DNA from: Mycobacterium tuberculosis H37Rv
Lineage (GTDB): Bacteria; Actinomycetota; Actinomycetes; Mycobacteriales; Mycobacteriaceae
Direction of reading: 5' to 3'
Assembly (NCBI RefSeq): GCF_000195955.2
Contig: NC_000962.3
Span: forward strand, 150,001 to 182,000
DNA: 32,000 nucleotides
The translations under genes and the position numbers were made by a program. This document shows positions 1 to 11,770 of this stretch, piece after piece; position 1 is the first letter of the stretch, and the number at the start of each line of letters is the position of its first letter. The notes under the pieces were generated by a model, which saw only the letters and a program-made list of their open reading frames with translations, was not told where the DNA came from and did no database searches.

Positions 1-996
1 GCCGGGCTGATCGGCCATGGCGGGTCCGGCGGGGCCGGCGGCTCCGGCGCGGCCGGCGGGGCCGGCGGGCACGGCGGATGGCTGTGGGGCAACGGCGGCG
101 TCGGCGGATCCGGCGGGGCGGGTGTCGGCGCAGGCGTGGCTGGCGGTCACGGCGGTGCGGGCGGTGCCGCCGGGCTGTGGGGCGCCGGCGGCGGCGGTGG
201 CAATGGCGGGAACGGCGCCGATGCCAACATCGTCAGCGGTGGAGACGGTGGCCTCGGCGGTGCCGGTGGCGGTGGCGGATGGCTCTACGGCGACGGCGGG
301 GCCGGCGGACACGGCGGACAAGGCGCAATCGGCCTCGGCGGCGGCGCCGGCGGCGACGGGGGCCAGGGCGGCGCCGGCCGCGGACTGTGGGGTACTGGCG
401 GCGCCGGCGGACACGGCGGGCAAGGCGGTGGTACCGGGGGCCCACCGCTGCCCGGTCAGGCAGGCATGGGCGCCGCGGGTGGCGCCGGTGGGCTGATCGG
501 CAACGGCGGGGCCGGCGGCGACGGCGGTGTCGGCGCGTCCGGCGGGGTCGCCGGAGTAGGCGGTGCCGGCGGGAACGCCATGCTGATCGGGCACGGCGGC
601 GCCGGCGGCGCCGGCGGAGACAGCAGTTTCGCTAATGGCGCGGCCGGCGGCGCGGGCGGTGCCGGAGGGCACCTCTTCGGCAATGGCGGGTCCGGCGGCC
701 ACGGCGGAGCCGTCACGGCCGGCAACACCGGTATCGGTGGCGCCGGCGGCGTCGGTGGGGACGCCAGGCTGATCGGCCACGGTGGCGCCGGCGGTGCCGG
801 CGGGGACCGCGCCGGAGCCTTGGTTGGCCGTGACGGCGGGCCCGGTGGGAACGGGGGCGCTGGCGGCCAGCTATACGGCAACGGCGGCGACGGCGCCCCC
901 GGCACCGGCGGAACACTGCAGGCGGCGGTGAGCGGATTGGTGACGGCTTTGTTCGGTGCACCCGGCCAACCCGGCGACACCGGCCAACCCGGCTAG
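1..996 (+). CDS. PE_PGRS2: PE_PGRS family protein, C-terminal PGRS part (5' end lies outside the window)
   Basis: Frame +1 is open from base 1 to TAG 994-996 and encodes uninterrupted Gly-Gly-Ala/Asn repeats ([33 protein letters not shown]...). It ends in a unique tail ...[29 protein letters not shown]-track entry 136..996 is the same frame. The position just upstream of pepA matches my memory of Rv0124. Confidence 0.9.
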   Translation, partial: AGLIGHGGSGGAGGSGAAGGAGGHGGWLWGNGGVGGSGGAGVGAGVAGGHGGAGGAAGLWGAGGGGGNGGNGADANIVSGGDGGLGGAGGGGGWLYGDGGAGGHGGQGAIGLGGGAGGDGGQGGAGRGLWGTGGAGGHGGQGGGTGGPPLPGQAGMGAAGGAGGLIGNGGAGGDGGVGASGGVAGVGGAGGNAMLIGHGGAGGAGGDSSFANGAAGGAGGAGGHLFGNGGSGGHGGAVTAGNTGIGGAGGVGGDARLIGHGGAGGAGGDRAGALVGRDGGPGGNGGAGGQLYGNGGDGAPGTGGTLQAAVSGLVTALFGAPGQPGDTGQPG

Positions 997-1147
997 CCCC
1001 GATCAACGAGGGTTTCGGTGCCGGTCCGGGGCATGGCCATCCGCTGAGCTGGCGATCTGGACTACGTTGGTGTAGAAAAATCCTGCCGCCCGGACCCTTA
1101 AGGCTGGGACAATTTCTGATAGCTACCCCGACACAGGAGGTTACGGG

Positions 1148-2215
1148 ATGAGCAATTCGCGCCGCCGCTCACTCAGGTGGTCATGGTTGCTGAGCGTGCT
1201 GGCTGCCGTCGGGCTGGGCCTGGCCACGGCGCCGGCCCAGGCGGCCCCGCCGGCCTTGTCGCAGGACCGGTTCGCCGACTTCCCCGCGCTGCCCCTCGAC
1301 CCGTCCGCGATGGTCGCCCAAGTGGGGCCACAGGTGGTCAACATCAACACCAAACTGGGCTACAACAACGCCGTGGGCGCCGGGACCGGCATCGTCATCG
1401 ATCCCAACGGTGTCGTGCTGACCAACAACCACGTGATCGCGGGCGCCACCGACATCAATGCGTTCAGCGTCGGCTCCGGCCAAACCTACGGCGTCGATGT
1501 GGTCGGGTATGACCGCACCCAGGATGTCGCGGTGCTGCAGCTGCGCGGTGCCGGTGGCCTGCCGTCGGCGGCGATCGGTGGCGGCGTCGCGGTTGGTGAG
1601 CCCGTCGTCGCGATGGGCAACAGCGGTGGGCAGGGCGGAACGCCCCGTGCGGTGCCTGGCAGGGTGGTCGCGCTCGGCCAAACCGTGCAGGCGTCGGATT
1701 CGCTGACCGGTGCCGAAGAGACATTGAACGGGTTGATCCAGTTCGATGCCGCGATCCAGCCCGGTGATTCGGGCGGGCCCGTCGTCAACGGCCTAGGACA
1801 GGTGGTCGGTATGAACACGGCCGCGTCCGATAACTTCCAGCTGTCCCAGGGTGGGCAGGGATTCGCCATTCCGATCGGGCAGGCGATGGCGATCGCGGGC
1901 CAGATCCGATCGGGTGGGGGGTCACCCACCGTTCATATCGGGCCTACCGCCTTCCTCGGCTTGGGTGTTGTCGACAACAACGGCAACGGCGCACGAGTCC
2001 AACGCGTGGTCGGGAGCGCTCCGGCGGCAAGTCTCGGCATCTCCACCGGCGACGTGATCACCGCGGTCGACGGCGCTCCGATCAACTCGGCCACCGCGAT
2101 GGCGGACGCGCTTAACGGGCATCATCCCGGTGACGTCATCTCGGTGACCTGGCAAACCAAGTCGGGCGGCACGCGTACAGGGAACGTGACATTGGCCGAG
2201 GGACCCCCGGCCTGA
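1148..2215 (+). CDS. pepA: Secreted trypsin/HtrA-like serine protease with C-terminal PDZ-like domain (Mtb32A antigen)
   Basis: 355-aa ORF with AGGAGG at 1135-1140, 7 nt before ATG 1148. N-terminal signal peptide (...LGLATAPAQA/APP). Catalytic triad contexts TNNHVIAG, DVAVLQL and GDSGGPVV. The sequence is recognised as PepA/Rv0125. Confidence 0.95.
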   Translation: MSNSRRRSLRWSWLLSVLAAVGLGLATAPAQAAPPALSQDRFADFPALPLDPSAMVAQVGPQVVNINTKLGYNNAVGAGTGIVIDPNGVVLTNNHVIAGATDINAFSVGSGQTYGVDVVGYDRTQDVAVLQLRGAGGLPSAAIGGGVAVGEPVVAMGNSGGQGGTPRAVPGRVVALGQTVQASDSLTGAEETLNGLIQFDAAIQPGDSGGPVVNGLGQVVGMNTAASDNFQLSQGGQGFAIPIGQAMAIAGQIRSGGGSPTVHIGPTAFLGLGVVDNNGNGARVQRVVGSAPAASLGISTGDVITAVDGAPINSATAMADALNGHHPGDVISVTWQTKSGGTRTGNVTLAEGPPA

Positions 2216-2323
2216 TTTCGTCGCGGATACCACCCGCCGGCCGGCCAATTGGATTGGCGCCAGCCGTGATTGCCGCGTGAGCCCCCGAGTTCCGTCTCCC
2301 GTGCGCGTGGCATCGTGGAAGCA

Positions 2324-4114
2324 ATGAACGAGGCAGAACACAGCGTCGAGCACCCTCCCGTGCAGGGCAGTCACGTCGAAGGCGGTGTGGTCGAGCATCC
2401 GGATGCCAAGGACTTCGGCAGCGCCGCCGCCCTGCCCGCCGATCCGACCTGGTTTAAGCACGCCGTCTTCTACGAGGTGCTGGTCCGGGCGTTCTTCGAC
2501 GCCAGCGCGGACGGTTCCGGCGATCTGCGTGGACTCATCGATCGCCTCGACTACCTGCAGTGGCTTGGCATCGACTGCATCTGGTTGCCGCCGTTCTACG
2601 ACTCGCCGCTGCGCGACGGCGGTTACGACATTCGCGACTTCTACAAGGTGCTGCCCGAATTCGGCACCGTCGACGATTTCGTCGCCCTGGTCGACGCCGC
2701 TCACCGGCGAGGTATCCGCATCATCACCGACCTGGTGATGAATCACACCTCGGAGTCGCACCCCTGGTTTCAGGAGTCCCGCCGCGACCCAGACGGACCG
2801 TACGGTGACTATTACGTGTGGAGCGACACCAGCGAGCGCTACACCGACGCCCGGATCATCTTCGTCGACACCGAAGAGTCGAACTGGTCATTCGATCCTG
2901 TCCGCCGACAGTTCTACTGGCACCGATTCTTCTCCCACCAACCGGATCTGAACTACGACAACCCCGCCGTGCAAGAGGCGATGATCGACGTCATCCGCTT
3001 TTGGCTCGGCTTGGGCATCGACGGGTTTCGGTTGGACGCGGTGCCCTATCTCTTTGAACGTGAGGGCACCAACTGCGAGAACCTGCCGGAAACACACGCT
3101 TTTCTCAAGCGAGTCCGCAAGGTGGTGGACGACGAATTCCCCGGCCGGGTGCTGCTAGCCGAAGCCAATCAGTGGCCGGGCGATGTCGTCGAATATTTCG
3201 GTGATCCCAACACCGGTGGCGACGAGTGCCACATGGCCTTTCACTTCCCGCTGATGCCGCGCATCTTCATGGCCGTGCGCCGGGAGTCCCGTTTTCCGAT
3301 CTCGGAGATCATCGCCCAGACCCCACCAATCCCTGACATGGCGCAATGGGGGATATTTCTGCGCAACCACGACGAGCTGACGTTAGAAATGGTCACCGAC
3401 GAAGAGCGCGACTACATGTACGCCGAGTACGCCAAGGATCCACGGATGAAGGCGAATGTCGGAATCCGTCGTCGGCTTGCGCCGCTGCTCGACAACGACC
3501 GCAACCAGATCGAGCTGTTCACCGCGCTGCTGCTGTCGCTGCCCGGCTCGCCGGTCCTCTACTACGGCGACGAGATCGGGATGGGCGACGTGATCTGGTT
3601 GGGTGATCGCGACGGCGTGCGCATCCCGATGCAGTGGACACCGGACCGCAACGCGGGTTTCTCCACCGCCAACCCGGGTCGGCTGTACCTGCCGCCCAGC
3701 CAGGACCCGGTTTACGGGTATCAGGCCGTCAACGTCGAGGCGCAACGCGACACCTCGACGTCGCTGCTCAACTTCACTCGCACCATGCTGGCCGTGCGTC
3801 GCCGACACCCCGCGTTTGCGGTCGGCGCATTCCAGGAATTGGGCGGGTCCAACCCGTCGGTGCTGGCCTACGTGCGTCAGGTGGCCGGCGATGACGGCGA
3901 CACCGTGCTCTGTGTCAACAACCTGTCGCGATTCCCGCAGCCCATCGAATTGGACTTGCAGCAATGGACCAACTACACGCCGGTCGAGCTGACCGGGCAC
4001 GTGGAGTTTCCACGCATCGGCCAGGTGCCCTATCTGCTGACGCTGCCAGGACACGGGTTCTACTGGTTCCAGTTGACCACACATGAGGTGGGGGCACCTC
4101 CCACTTGCGGGGGA

Positions 4115-4129
<15 letters not shown>
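2324..4129 (+). CDS. treS: Trehalose synthase (GH13; trehalose <-> maltose isomerase)
   Basis: GH13 conserved regions are seen: [31 protein letters not shown]. The ORF is open from 2270 (619 aa). I place the start at ATG 2324 ([10 protein letters not shown]..., 601 aa) from memory of TreS/Rv0126. The upstream 18 codons are Arg/Pro/Ser-rich with no support. Confidence 0.93.
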
Positions 4130-5599
<1,470 letters not shown>

Positions 5600-5604
5600 T
5601 ACCG

Positions 5605-5629
5605 GCCGGGGTGTCCGGCTTATTGCTTG
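5605..5629 (+). terminator. Weak candidate intrinsic terminator after mak
   Basis: GCCGG (5605-5609) pairs with CCGGC (5615-5619) around a 5-nt loop, followed by the T-rich ttattgctt. The stem is only 5 bp, so support is low. Confidence 0.25.
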
Positions 5630-5666
5630 GCGTGCGTGCGTCCTGGGCGTCTGGAAGCATGCTCGT

Positions 5667-6446
5667 GTGCAACGAGAGATTTATGACGGTGAGGCGCGGC
5701 TGTCATGGGTGTTGGCGGCGCTGGCCGGGATACTGGGGGCAACCGCGTTCACCCACTCCGCGGGATACTTCGTTACTTTCATGACCGGCAATTCGCAGCG
5801 CGCGGTGCTGGGATTGTTTGGGGACGACGCGTGGATGTCTGTCACCGCGTCGTTGCTGATTCTATTCTTCGTCGCCGGCGTGGTGATTGCGTCGGTGTGC
5901 CGGCGGCATTTCTGGGCGGCGCATCCCCACGGCCCGACCGTGCTGACCACCTTCAGTTTGATATTTGCCGCCGGAGTCGACATTATGCTGGGCGGCTGGC
6001 ACGAGAGCATGCTCGATTTTGTGCCGATTCTGTTCGTGGTCTTCGGGATTGGCGCCTTGAACACATCGTTCGTCAAGGATGGCGAGGTATCGGTTCCGTT
6101 GAGCTATGTGACCGGCACATTGGTCAAGATGGGCCAGGGCATCGAACGTCACCTGGCCGGCGGAAAAGTGGAGGACTGGCTCGGCTACTTCCTGCTGCAC
6201 GCCAGCTTCGTGCTAGGCGCCGCGGCCGGTGGCGCCATTAGTATGGTCGTCACCGGACCCCAGATGCTCGCGGTCGCGGCGGTAGTGTGCGCTGCGACAA
6301 CCGGCTATACCTACCTGCACGCTGACCGGCGAGGGTTGGTCAATCAAAAGCGGCCCCAGCCGGGAAAGCGGCTCTTTCGAGCGCTCAGGCGAGGCGAATT
6401 AGATTCGGGAACCTCCACGCCCGCAACCAATTACGGGTCGAGTTAG
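5667..6446 (+). CDS. Conserved integral membrane protein (I believe DUF1275/YoaK-like)
   Basis: 259-aa ORF from GTG 5667 with multiple hydrophobic helices (e.g. LSWVLAALAGILGATAF, LLILFFVAGVVIASV, FVPILFVVFGIGAL, MLAVAAVVCAATTGY). It corresponds to Rv0128 in my memory. The function is unknown. Confidence 0.8.
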   Translation: MQREIYDGEARLSWVLAALAGILGATAFTHSAGYFVTFMTGNSQRAVLGLFGDDAWMSVTASLLILFFVAGVVIASVCRRHFWAAHPHGPTVLTTFSLIFAAGVDIMLGGWHESMLDFVPILFVVFGIGALNTSFVKDGEVSVPLSYVTGTLVKMGQGIERHLAGGKVEDWLGYFLLHASFVLGAAAGGAISMVVTGPQMLAVAAVVCAATTGYTYLHADRRGLVNQKRPQPGKRLFRALRRGELDSGTSTPATNYGSS

Positions 6447-6526
6447 CTTGGCTTCCAGTGGCGCTGGCGAAGGGGTGACCACGCCAACTTCACCCGGAAG
6501 GTCCGACCCAGTGCGGATGTTCCACA

Positions 6527-6564
6527 CATCGGCAGCAGCGCTGGCCGTTGCGCTGCTGCCGATG
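6527..6564. terminator. GC-rich hairpin between convergent genes (candidate bidirectional terminator)
   Basis: A 15-bp perfect stem (6527-6541 catcggcagcagcgc with 6550-6564 gcgctgctgccgatg) encloses an 8-nt loop. It lies 13 nt beyond the fbpC stop and 80 nt beyond the stop of the 5667-6446 gene. There is no clear U-tract. Confidence 0.5.
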
Positions 6565-6577
6565 CTGGCTTGCTGGC

Positions 6578-7621
<1,044 letters not shown>

Positions 7622-7846
7622 TCATCTGCCGCACGACGCGGTCGAATCTGTTCTGGGCGAGTGAAACACACCGAGGACGCTCAGTTCGAATGTCGTGGCC
7701 GCAGCGCGAGATCGCGGTTGGCTAACGATTCAGCGTCGGCCCGGACACCTTGGGCGATTGACACACCCGGGTCACGGCTGGCTCCCGAGCGGCGCAACGA
7801 CCGCACGCACAACCCCTATGCTTACTGCCGACCAGAGGAGAGACCC

Positions 7847-8302
7847 ATGCGCACCTTCGAGTCGGTCGCCGACCTGGCCGCCGCCGCGGGCGAAAAGGTC
7901 GGGCAGAGCGACTGGGTGACCATCACCCAGGAAGAGGTCAATCTGTTCGCCGACGCAACGGGTGATCACCAGTGGATCCACGTCGACCCGGAACGGGCCG
8001 CTGCGGGTCCCTTTGGCACCACCATCGCGCACGGATTCATGACCCTGGCGTTGCTCCCGCGCCTGCAACACCAGATGTACACCGTCAAGGGCGTCAAGCT
8101 GGCAATCAACTACGGCCTGAACAAGGTTCGCTTCCCGGCACCAGTACCCGTCGGCTCGCGGGTGCGTGCGACGAGCTCGCTGGTCGGTGTCGAGGATCTG
8201 GGCAACGGCACCGTGCAGGCGACGGTGTCGACGACCGTCGAGGTCGAGGGATCGGCCAAGCCGGCGTGTGTGGCCGAAAGCATCGTGCGCTACGTCGCCT
8301 GA
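7847..8302 (+). CDS. htdZ: MaoC-like (R)-specific enoyl-CoA hydratase / 3-hydroxyacyl-thioester dehydratase
   Basis: 151 aa from ATG 7847, preceded by GAGGAG (7835-7840). Hydratase-2 motif FADATGDHQWIHVDPERAA. The 311-aa ORF-track entry (7367..) is an unsupported upstream extension. Confidence 0.9.
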   Translation: MRTFESVADLAAAAGEKVGQSDWVTITQEEVNLFADATGDHQWIHVDPERAAAGPFGTTIAHGFMTLALLPRLQHQMYTVKGVKLAINYGLNKVRFPAPVPVGSRVRATSSLVGVEDLGNGTVQATVSTTVEVEGSAKPACVAESIVRYVA

Positions 8303-8314
8303 GGCAACTCGCGG

Positions 8315-9658
8315 TCAGAATTCGGCGATCGCGTGCTCGAGGCGTTGGGCCAGCCAGGCCTCGGCGTGCGCGCGCCGGGTCGGAATGTGCTGTGACGGGA
8401 AAAGCGTTGTCACCGGCTGGTATTCGCGCAGCGTACGGCGGGCGACGGTCATCTTGTGCAGCTCAGTGGCGCCGTCGGCGATGCCCAGTGACTCGGCTGC
8501 CAGCATCATCTTGACGAACGGCATCTCGTCGGAGACCCCGAGCGCGCCGTGCAGGTGCATGGCCCGCTGCACGACGTCATGCAGCACCTGGGGCATCGCC
8601 ACCTTGACCGCCGCGATGTCGCGGCGCACCTTTTGATAGTCGTGGTGTTTGTCGATAAGCCACGCGGTGCGCAGTACCAGCAGCCGGAACTGCTCGATCT
8701 GGATCCAACTATCGGCGATCTTCTCCTGGGTCATCTGCAGATCGGCGAGCCGCCCGTGTCTAGTCTGGCGCGACAGGGCACGCTCGCACATCATGTCGAA
8801 TGCTCTGCGCGCCAGCGCGATTGTCCGCATCGCGTGATGTATTCGGCCGCCGCCCAATCGGGTCTGCGCGATCATGAACGCTTGGCCCTCGCCGCCGAGC
8901 ACATGATCGGCCGGCACCCGGACGTCGTGGTAGCGGATGTAGCCGTGGCTGGCGTGCCGGGTGGACTCGGCTCCCACACCGACGTTGCGCACGATCTCGA
9001 TGCCCGGGGTGTCGGCCGGGACGATGAACAGCGACATCTTCTCGTACGTACGGGCTTCCGGCTTGGTGACGGCCATGACGATAAAGAACGACGCATGCTT
9101 GGCGTTGGTGGAAAACCACTTCTCGCCGTTGATGATCCAGTCCCCGTTTCCCGCGGCATCGCGGGTCGCCGCGGTCACGAACAGCCCGGGATCGGAACCA
9201 CCCTGCGGCTCGGTCATCGAATAGCAGGAGGTGATCTCGCCGTCGAGCAGCGGTCGTAGATAGCGGGCTTTCTGCTCGTCGGTGCCGAACAGCGCCAGGA
9301 TCTCGGCGTTGCCGGAGTCCGGCGCCTGACAGCCGAACGCCGACGGCGCCCACCGGGAGCGGCCGATGATCTCGTTGAGCAGCGCCAGCTTGACCTGACC
9401 GAAGCCCTGTCCGCCGAGTTCGGGACGCAAATGCGCGGCCCACAACCCCTGGTCTTTCACCTGCCGCTGCAGCGGCCGCAGGATCGCCATCGTGTCGGCG
9501 TTCTTTTTGTCGTAAGGATCGAGGGCGACCAGATCGAGCGGTTCGAGTTCCTCGGCCATGAATTTTTCGACCCAATCCAGCTTGGACTGGTATTGCGGGT
9601 CGGTTTCGAAGTCCCACACCGTCGGCAACCGTTCCCCGGCGCGGCGTCGCACCGGCAT
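8315..9658 (-). CDS. fadE1: Acyl-CoA dehydrogenase
   Basis: ACAD features are seen (YSMTEPQGGSDPG and the C-terminal helical domain). The start is taken at ATG 9658 (MPVRRRAGERL..., 447 aa). The longer 542-aa reading is an Arg-rich extension running into fgd2. Confidence 0.9.
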   Translation of the reverse strand: MPVRRRAGERLPTVWDFETDPQYQSKLDWVEKFMAEELEPLDLVALDPYDKKNADTMAILRPLQRQVKDQGLWAAHLRPELGGQGFGQVKLALLNEIIGRSRWAPSAFGCQAPDSGNAEILALFGTDEQKARYLRPLLDGEITSCYSMTEPQGGSDPGLFVTAATRDAAGNGDWIINGEKWFSTNAKHASFFIVMAVTKPEARTYEKMSLFIVPADTPGIEIVRNVGVGAESTRHASHGYIRYHDVRVPADHVLGGEGQAFMIAQTRLGGGRIHHAMRTIALARRAFDMMCERALSRQTRHGRLADLQMTQEKIADSWIQIEQFRLLVLRTAWLIDKHHDYQKVRRDIAAVKVAMPQVLHDVVQRAMHLHGALGVSDEMPFVKMMLAAESLGIADGATELHKMTVARRTLREYQPVTTLFPSQHIPTRRAHAEAWLAQRLEHAIAEF

Positions 9659-9699
9659 CGTTGATAGAGCAAGACCATCGTAGGTGCGGTCTAGCGGCT

Positions 9700-10782
9700 T
9701 CAGCGCAGTTCGGGCAGGACGTTGGTGCGGTAGAAGTCGATGGCGGTGATCGGGTCGTCCTGGGGGAAATGCAGGAAGGGGACGGCGCCGGCGTCGAGAA
9801 CCGCTTGCACCGCACCGATGTGGACGCCGGGATCGGTACCGACCGCCCAATTGGCCAGCACTTTCTCGATCGGGTTCGACTCGGCGGCACGCTGGATCTC
9901 GACCGGATTGGGCTGGTCGACGGCCCCGGCGGTGAATCGCCACAAGTCGGCGGCGCGGGCGGCCGCCTTGTCGTCGCCGACGACGGCGAACAGTTCGGCC
10001 CGCTTACCCAGGGTGGTGGGATCTCGTCCGGCCGCTTGAGCGCCCGCGGCGAACGCGGCGAGCAGCTTGGCGTCGTTGATGTCGCGGGCTTGGGCGATCC
10101 AACCATCACCGTATCGGCCGGCCAGGGTGGCGCTCTGGGGGCCGCTCGCGGCGACAAAGATCGGCGGCGGCATCGCCGGCGTGTCGTAGAGCTTGAGCTC
10201 GTCGGTCCGAAAATAGTGGCCCGTGAACGAGATCCGCTCACCGCTCCACAGCTGGCGGATCAGTACGATGGCCTCGATCAGCCGGTCGTGGCGCTCGCGG
10301 TAGTTGCCGAACGTGTCGGTGGCGGCTTGTTCGTTGAGCCGCTCGCCGGTGCCCAGCCCCAGAAACACCCGTCCGGGGTTCAGGATCGCCAGCGAGGCAA
10401 ACGCCTGAGCGACGGTGGCCGGATGGTAGCGGTATATGGGACAGGTCACCCCGGTGCCGAACAAGATGCTGCTGGTGCTGTTGCCCACCAACGCCAGGGT
10501 CAGCCAGGGAAACATCGAATGGCCCTCGTTGTCTTGCCATGGCTGTAGGTGGTCGCTGGCCCACACATACCGGAAGCCAGCTTGCTCGGCGGCTTGGGCG
10601 TGCGCCACCAGCCGATCGGTGCGGAATTGTTCGTGGGATAAGACGACACCCACCCCGCGGCTTGCCGGCTCTGGGGTCGGCGTCGGACCGCTGCGCGTGC
10701 TGCAACCGCCGCCTAGCCCACCGGCGCCGATCGCGCCGAACCCGGCGGCCAGACCGAACGTCCGCCGTGAGATGCCGGTCAT
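9700..10782 (-). CDS. fgd2: F420-dependent luciferase-like oxidoreductase (Fgd2; reported as hydroxymycolic acid dehydrogenase), Tat-signal bearing
   Basis: 360-aa ORF with N-terminus MTGISRRTFGLAAGFGAIGAGGLGGGC, which carries a twin-arginine motif. The body is luciferase-like monooxygenase family and is recognised as Rv0132c. Confidence 0.9.
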   Translation of the reverse strand: MTGISRRTFGLAAGFGAIGAGGLGGGCSTRSGPTPTPEPASRGVGVVLSHEQFRTDRLVAHAQAAEQAGFRYVWASDHLQPWQDNEGHSMFPWLTLALVGNSTSSILFGTGVTCPIYRYHPATVAQAFASLAILNPGRVFLGLGTGERLNEQAATDTFGNYRERHDRLIEAIVLIRQLWSGERISFTGHYFRTDELKLYDTPAMPPPIFVAASGPQSATLAGRYGDGWIAQARDINDAKLLAAFAAGAQAAGRDPTTLGKRAELFAVVGDDKAAARAADLWRFTAGAVDQPNPVEIQRAAESNPIEKVLANWAVGTDPGVHIGAVQAVLDAGAVPFLHFPQDDPITAIDFYRTNVLPELR

Positions 10783-10868
10783 CGGGCTGCACTACCCGCG
10801 TCGCGCTGCAGCACACCTTCGAGAGTGCATCCTGACTCACCGTCGGCGCCACCGGTTAGCCTGGCGAG

Positions 10869-11474
10869 ATGACCCCGCAGGCACGCCCAGCGCGCAGGGC
10901 CGATGTCCGCGAGCTGTCCCGCACCATGGCCCGGGCGTTCTATGACGATCCGGTCATGAGCTGGTTACTGTCGAACGACAACGCCCGCACCGCAAGGCTG
11001 ACCCGGTTGTTCGCGACGATTGTCCGCCACCAGCATCTGGCCGGCGGTGGTGTGGAAGTGGCCCGCGGCGCGGCGGGCATCGGCGGGGCGGCGCTGTGGG
11101 ATCCCCCGGATCGATGGCGGGAGTCGCGCCGCCAGCAACTGGCGATGACACCGGGGTTCCTGCGGGTGTTCGGCTTTCGGACGGCCAAGGCCCGCGCGGC
11201 GCTGGACGTGATGATGCGTGTGCATCCCGAAGAACCCCACTGGTATCTGGCCGCCATCGGCAGCGACCCGACGGTCCGCGGCCAGGGGTTCGGTCAGGTG
11301 CTGATGCGGTCACGGCTGGACCGTTGCGATGCCGAACACTGTCCGGCCTACCTCGAATCCACCAAACCCGAGAATGTGCCCTACTATCAACGGTTCGGTT
11401 TCCGGGTGACCCGTGAGATCGCTCTGCCCGACGCGGGGCCGCCGCTATGGGCGATGTGGCGGGAGCCTCGGTAG
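10869..11474 (+). CDS. GCN5-related N-acetyltransferase
   Basis: 201-aa ORF with the acetyl-CoA binding motif VRGQGFGQVLM and a C-terminal YYQRFGF, both typical of GNAT enzymes. Confidence 0.85.
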   Translation: MTPQARPARRADVRELSRTMARAFYDDPVMSWLLSNDNARTARLTRLFATIVRHQHLAGGGVEVARGAAGIGGAALWDPPDRWRESRRQQLAMTPGFLRVFGFRTAKARAALDVMMRVHPEEPHWYLAAIGSDPTVRGQGFGQVLMRSRLDRCDAEHCPAYLESTKPENVPYYQRFGFRVTREIALPDAGPPLWAMWREPR

Positions 11475-11530
11475 CGGTTCTTGGCAGCTGGATCGTTCGT
11501 CCGGCCGGGTGATCACTGCGCGACCGTGAA

Positions 11531-11566
11531 TCTGGCGACGCCGCACCGGCGTGTCGCGTCGCCAGA
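11531..11566 (+). terminator. Strong stem-loop downstream of the GNAT gene (candidate factor-independent terminator)
   Basis: An 11-bp perfect inverted repeat, TCTGGCGACGC (11531-11541) / GCGTCGCCAGA (11556-11566), has further inner pairing. It lies 57 nt after the stop at 11472-11474. No U-tail is present. Confidence 0.4.
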
Positions 11567-11770
11567 CTCACAGTCGCGGCAATCTCTGACCGCCGGTGCG
11601 CTGAGATAGCTCCCGAGGTGCAAAAGTGGTGCGCAGATCGTCAGGCTGAGCTTGCCGGGATCGCGTGGGTCGGCACCCGCAGCCGTCGTCTGCCACCCAA
11701 TAGTGTGTGCGACCCGCCCGGTACACGCGGAATCAACGGGTATGCGGTTCTGGCATAGGCTTGTCAGGCA

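Noticed and set aside
78-980. Alternative-frame and antisense ORFs over the PGRS repeats (78-635 Arg-rich, 456-980 Pro-rich, 17-496 Ala/Pro-rich)
   Set aside because: GGC/GCC-rich repeats are open in nearly every frame. Only the Gly-rich frame continues from the window edge and ends with a PE_PGRS-type tail.
1-996. Whether the short Gly-codon repeats could be a CRISPR or another spacer-repeat array
   Set aside because: There are no constant-length direct repeats separated by unique spacers. The periodicity is codon-level (GGX GGX) within one continuous ORF.
8760-10241. 493-aa minus-strand ORF spanning fadE1 and fgd2
   Set aside because: It is out of frame relative to two ORFs with clear acyl-CoA dehydrogenase and luciferase-like domains. 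Its product is an Arg/Pro/Ser/Ala-rich low-complexity string, typical of off-frame reading of high-GC DNA.
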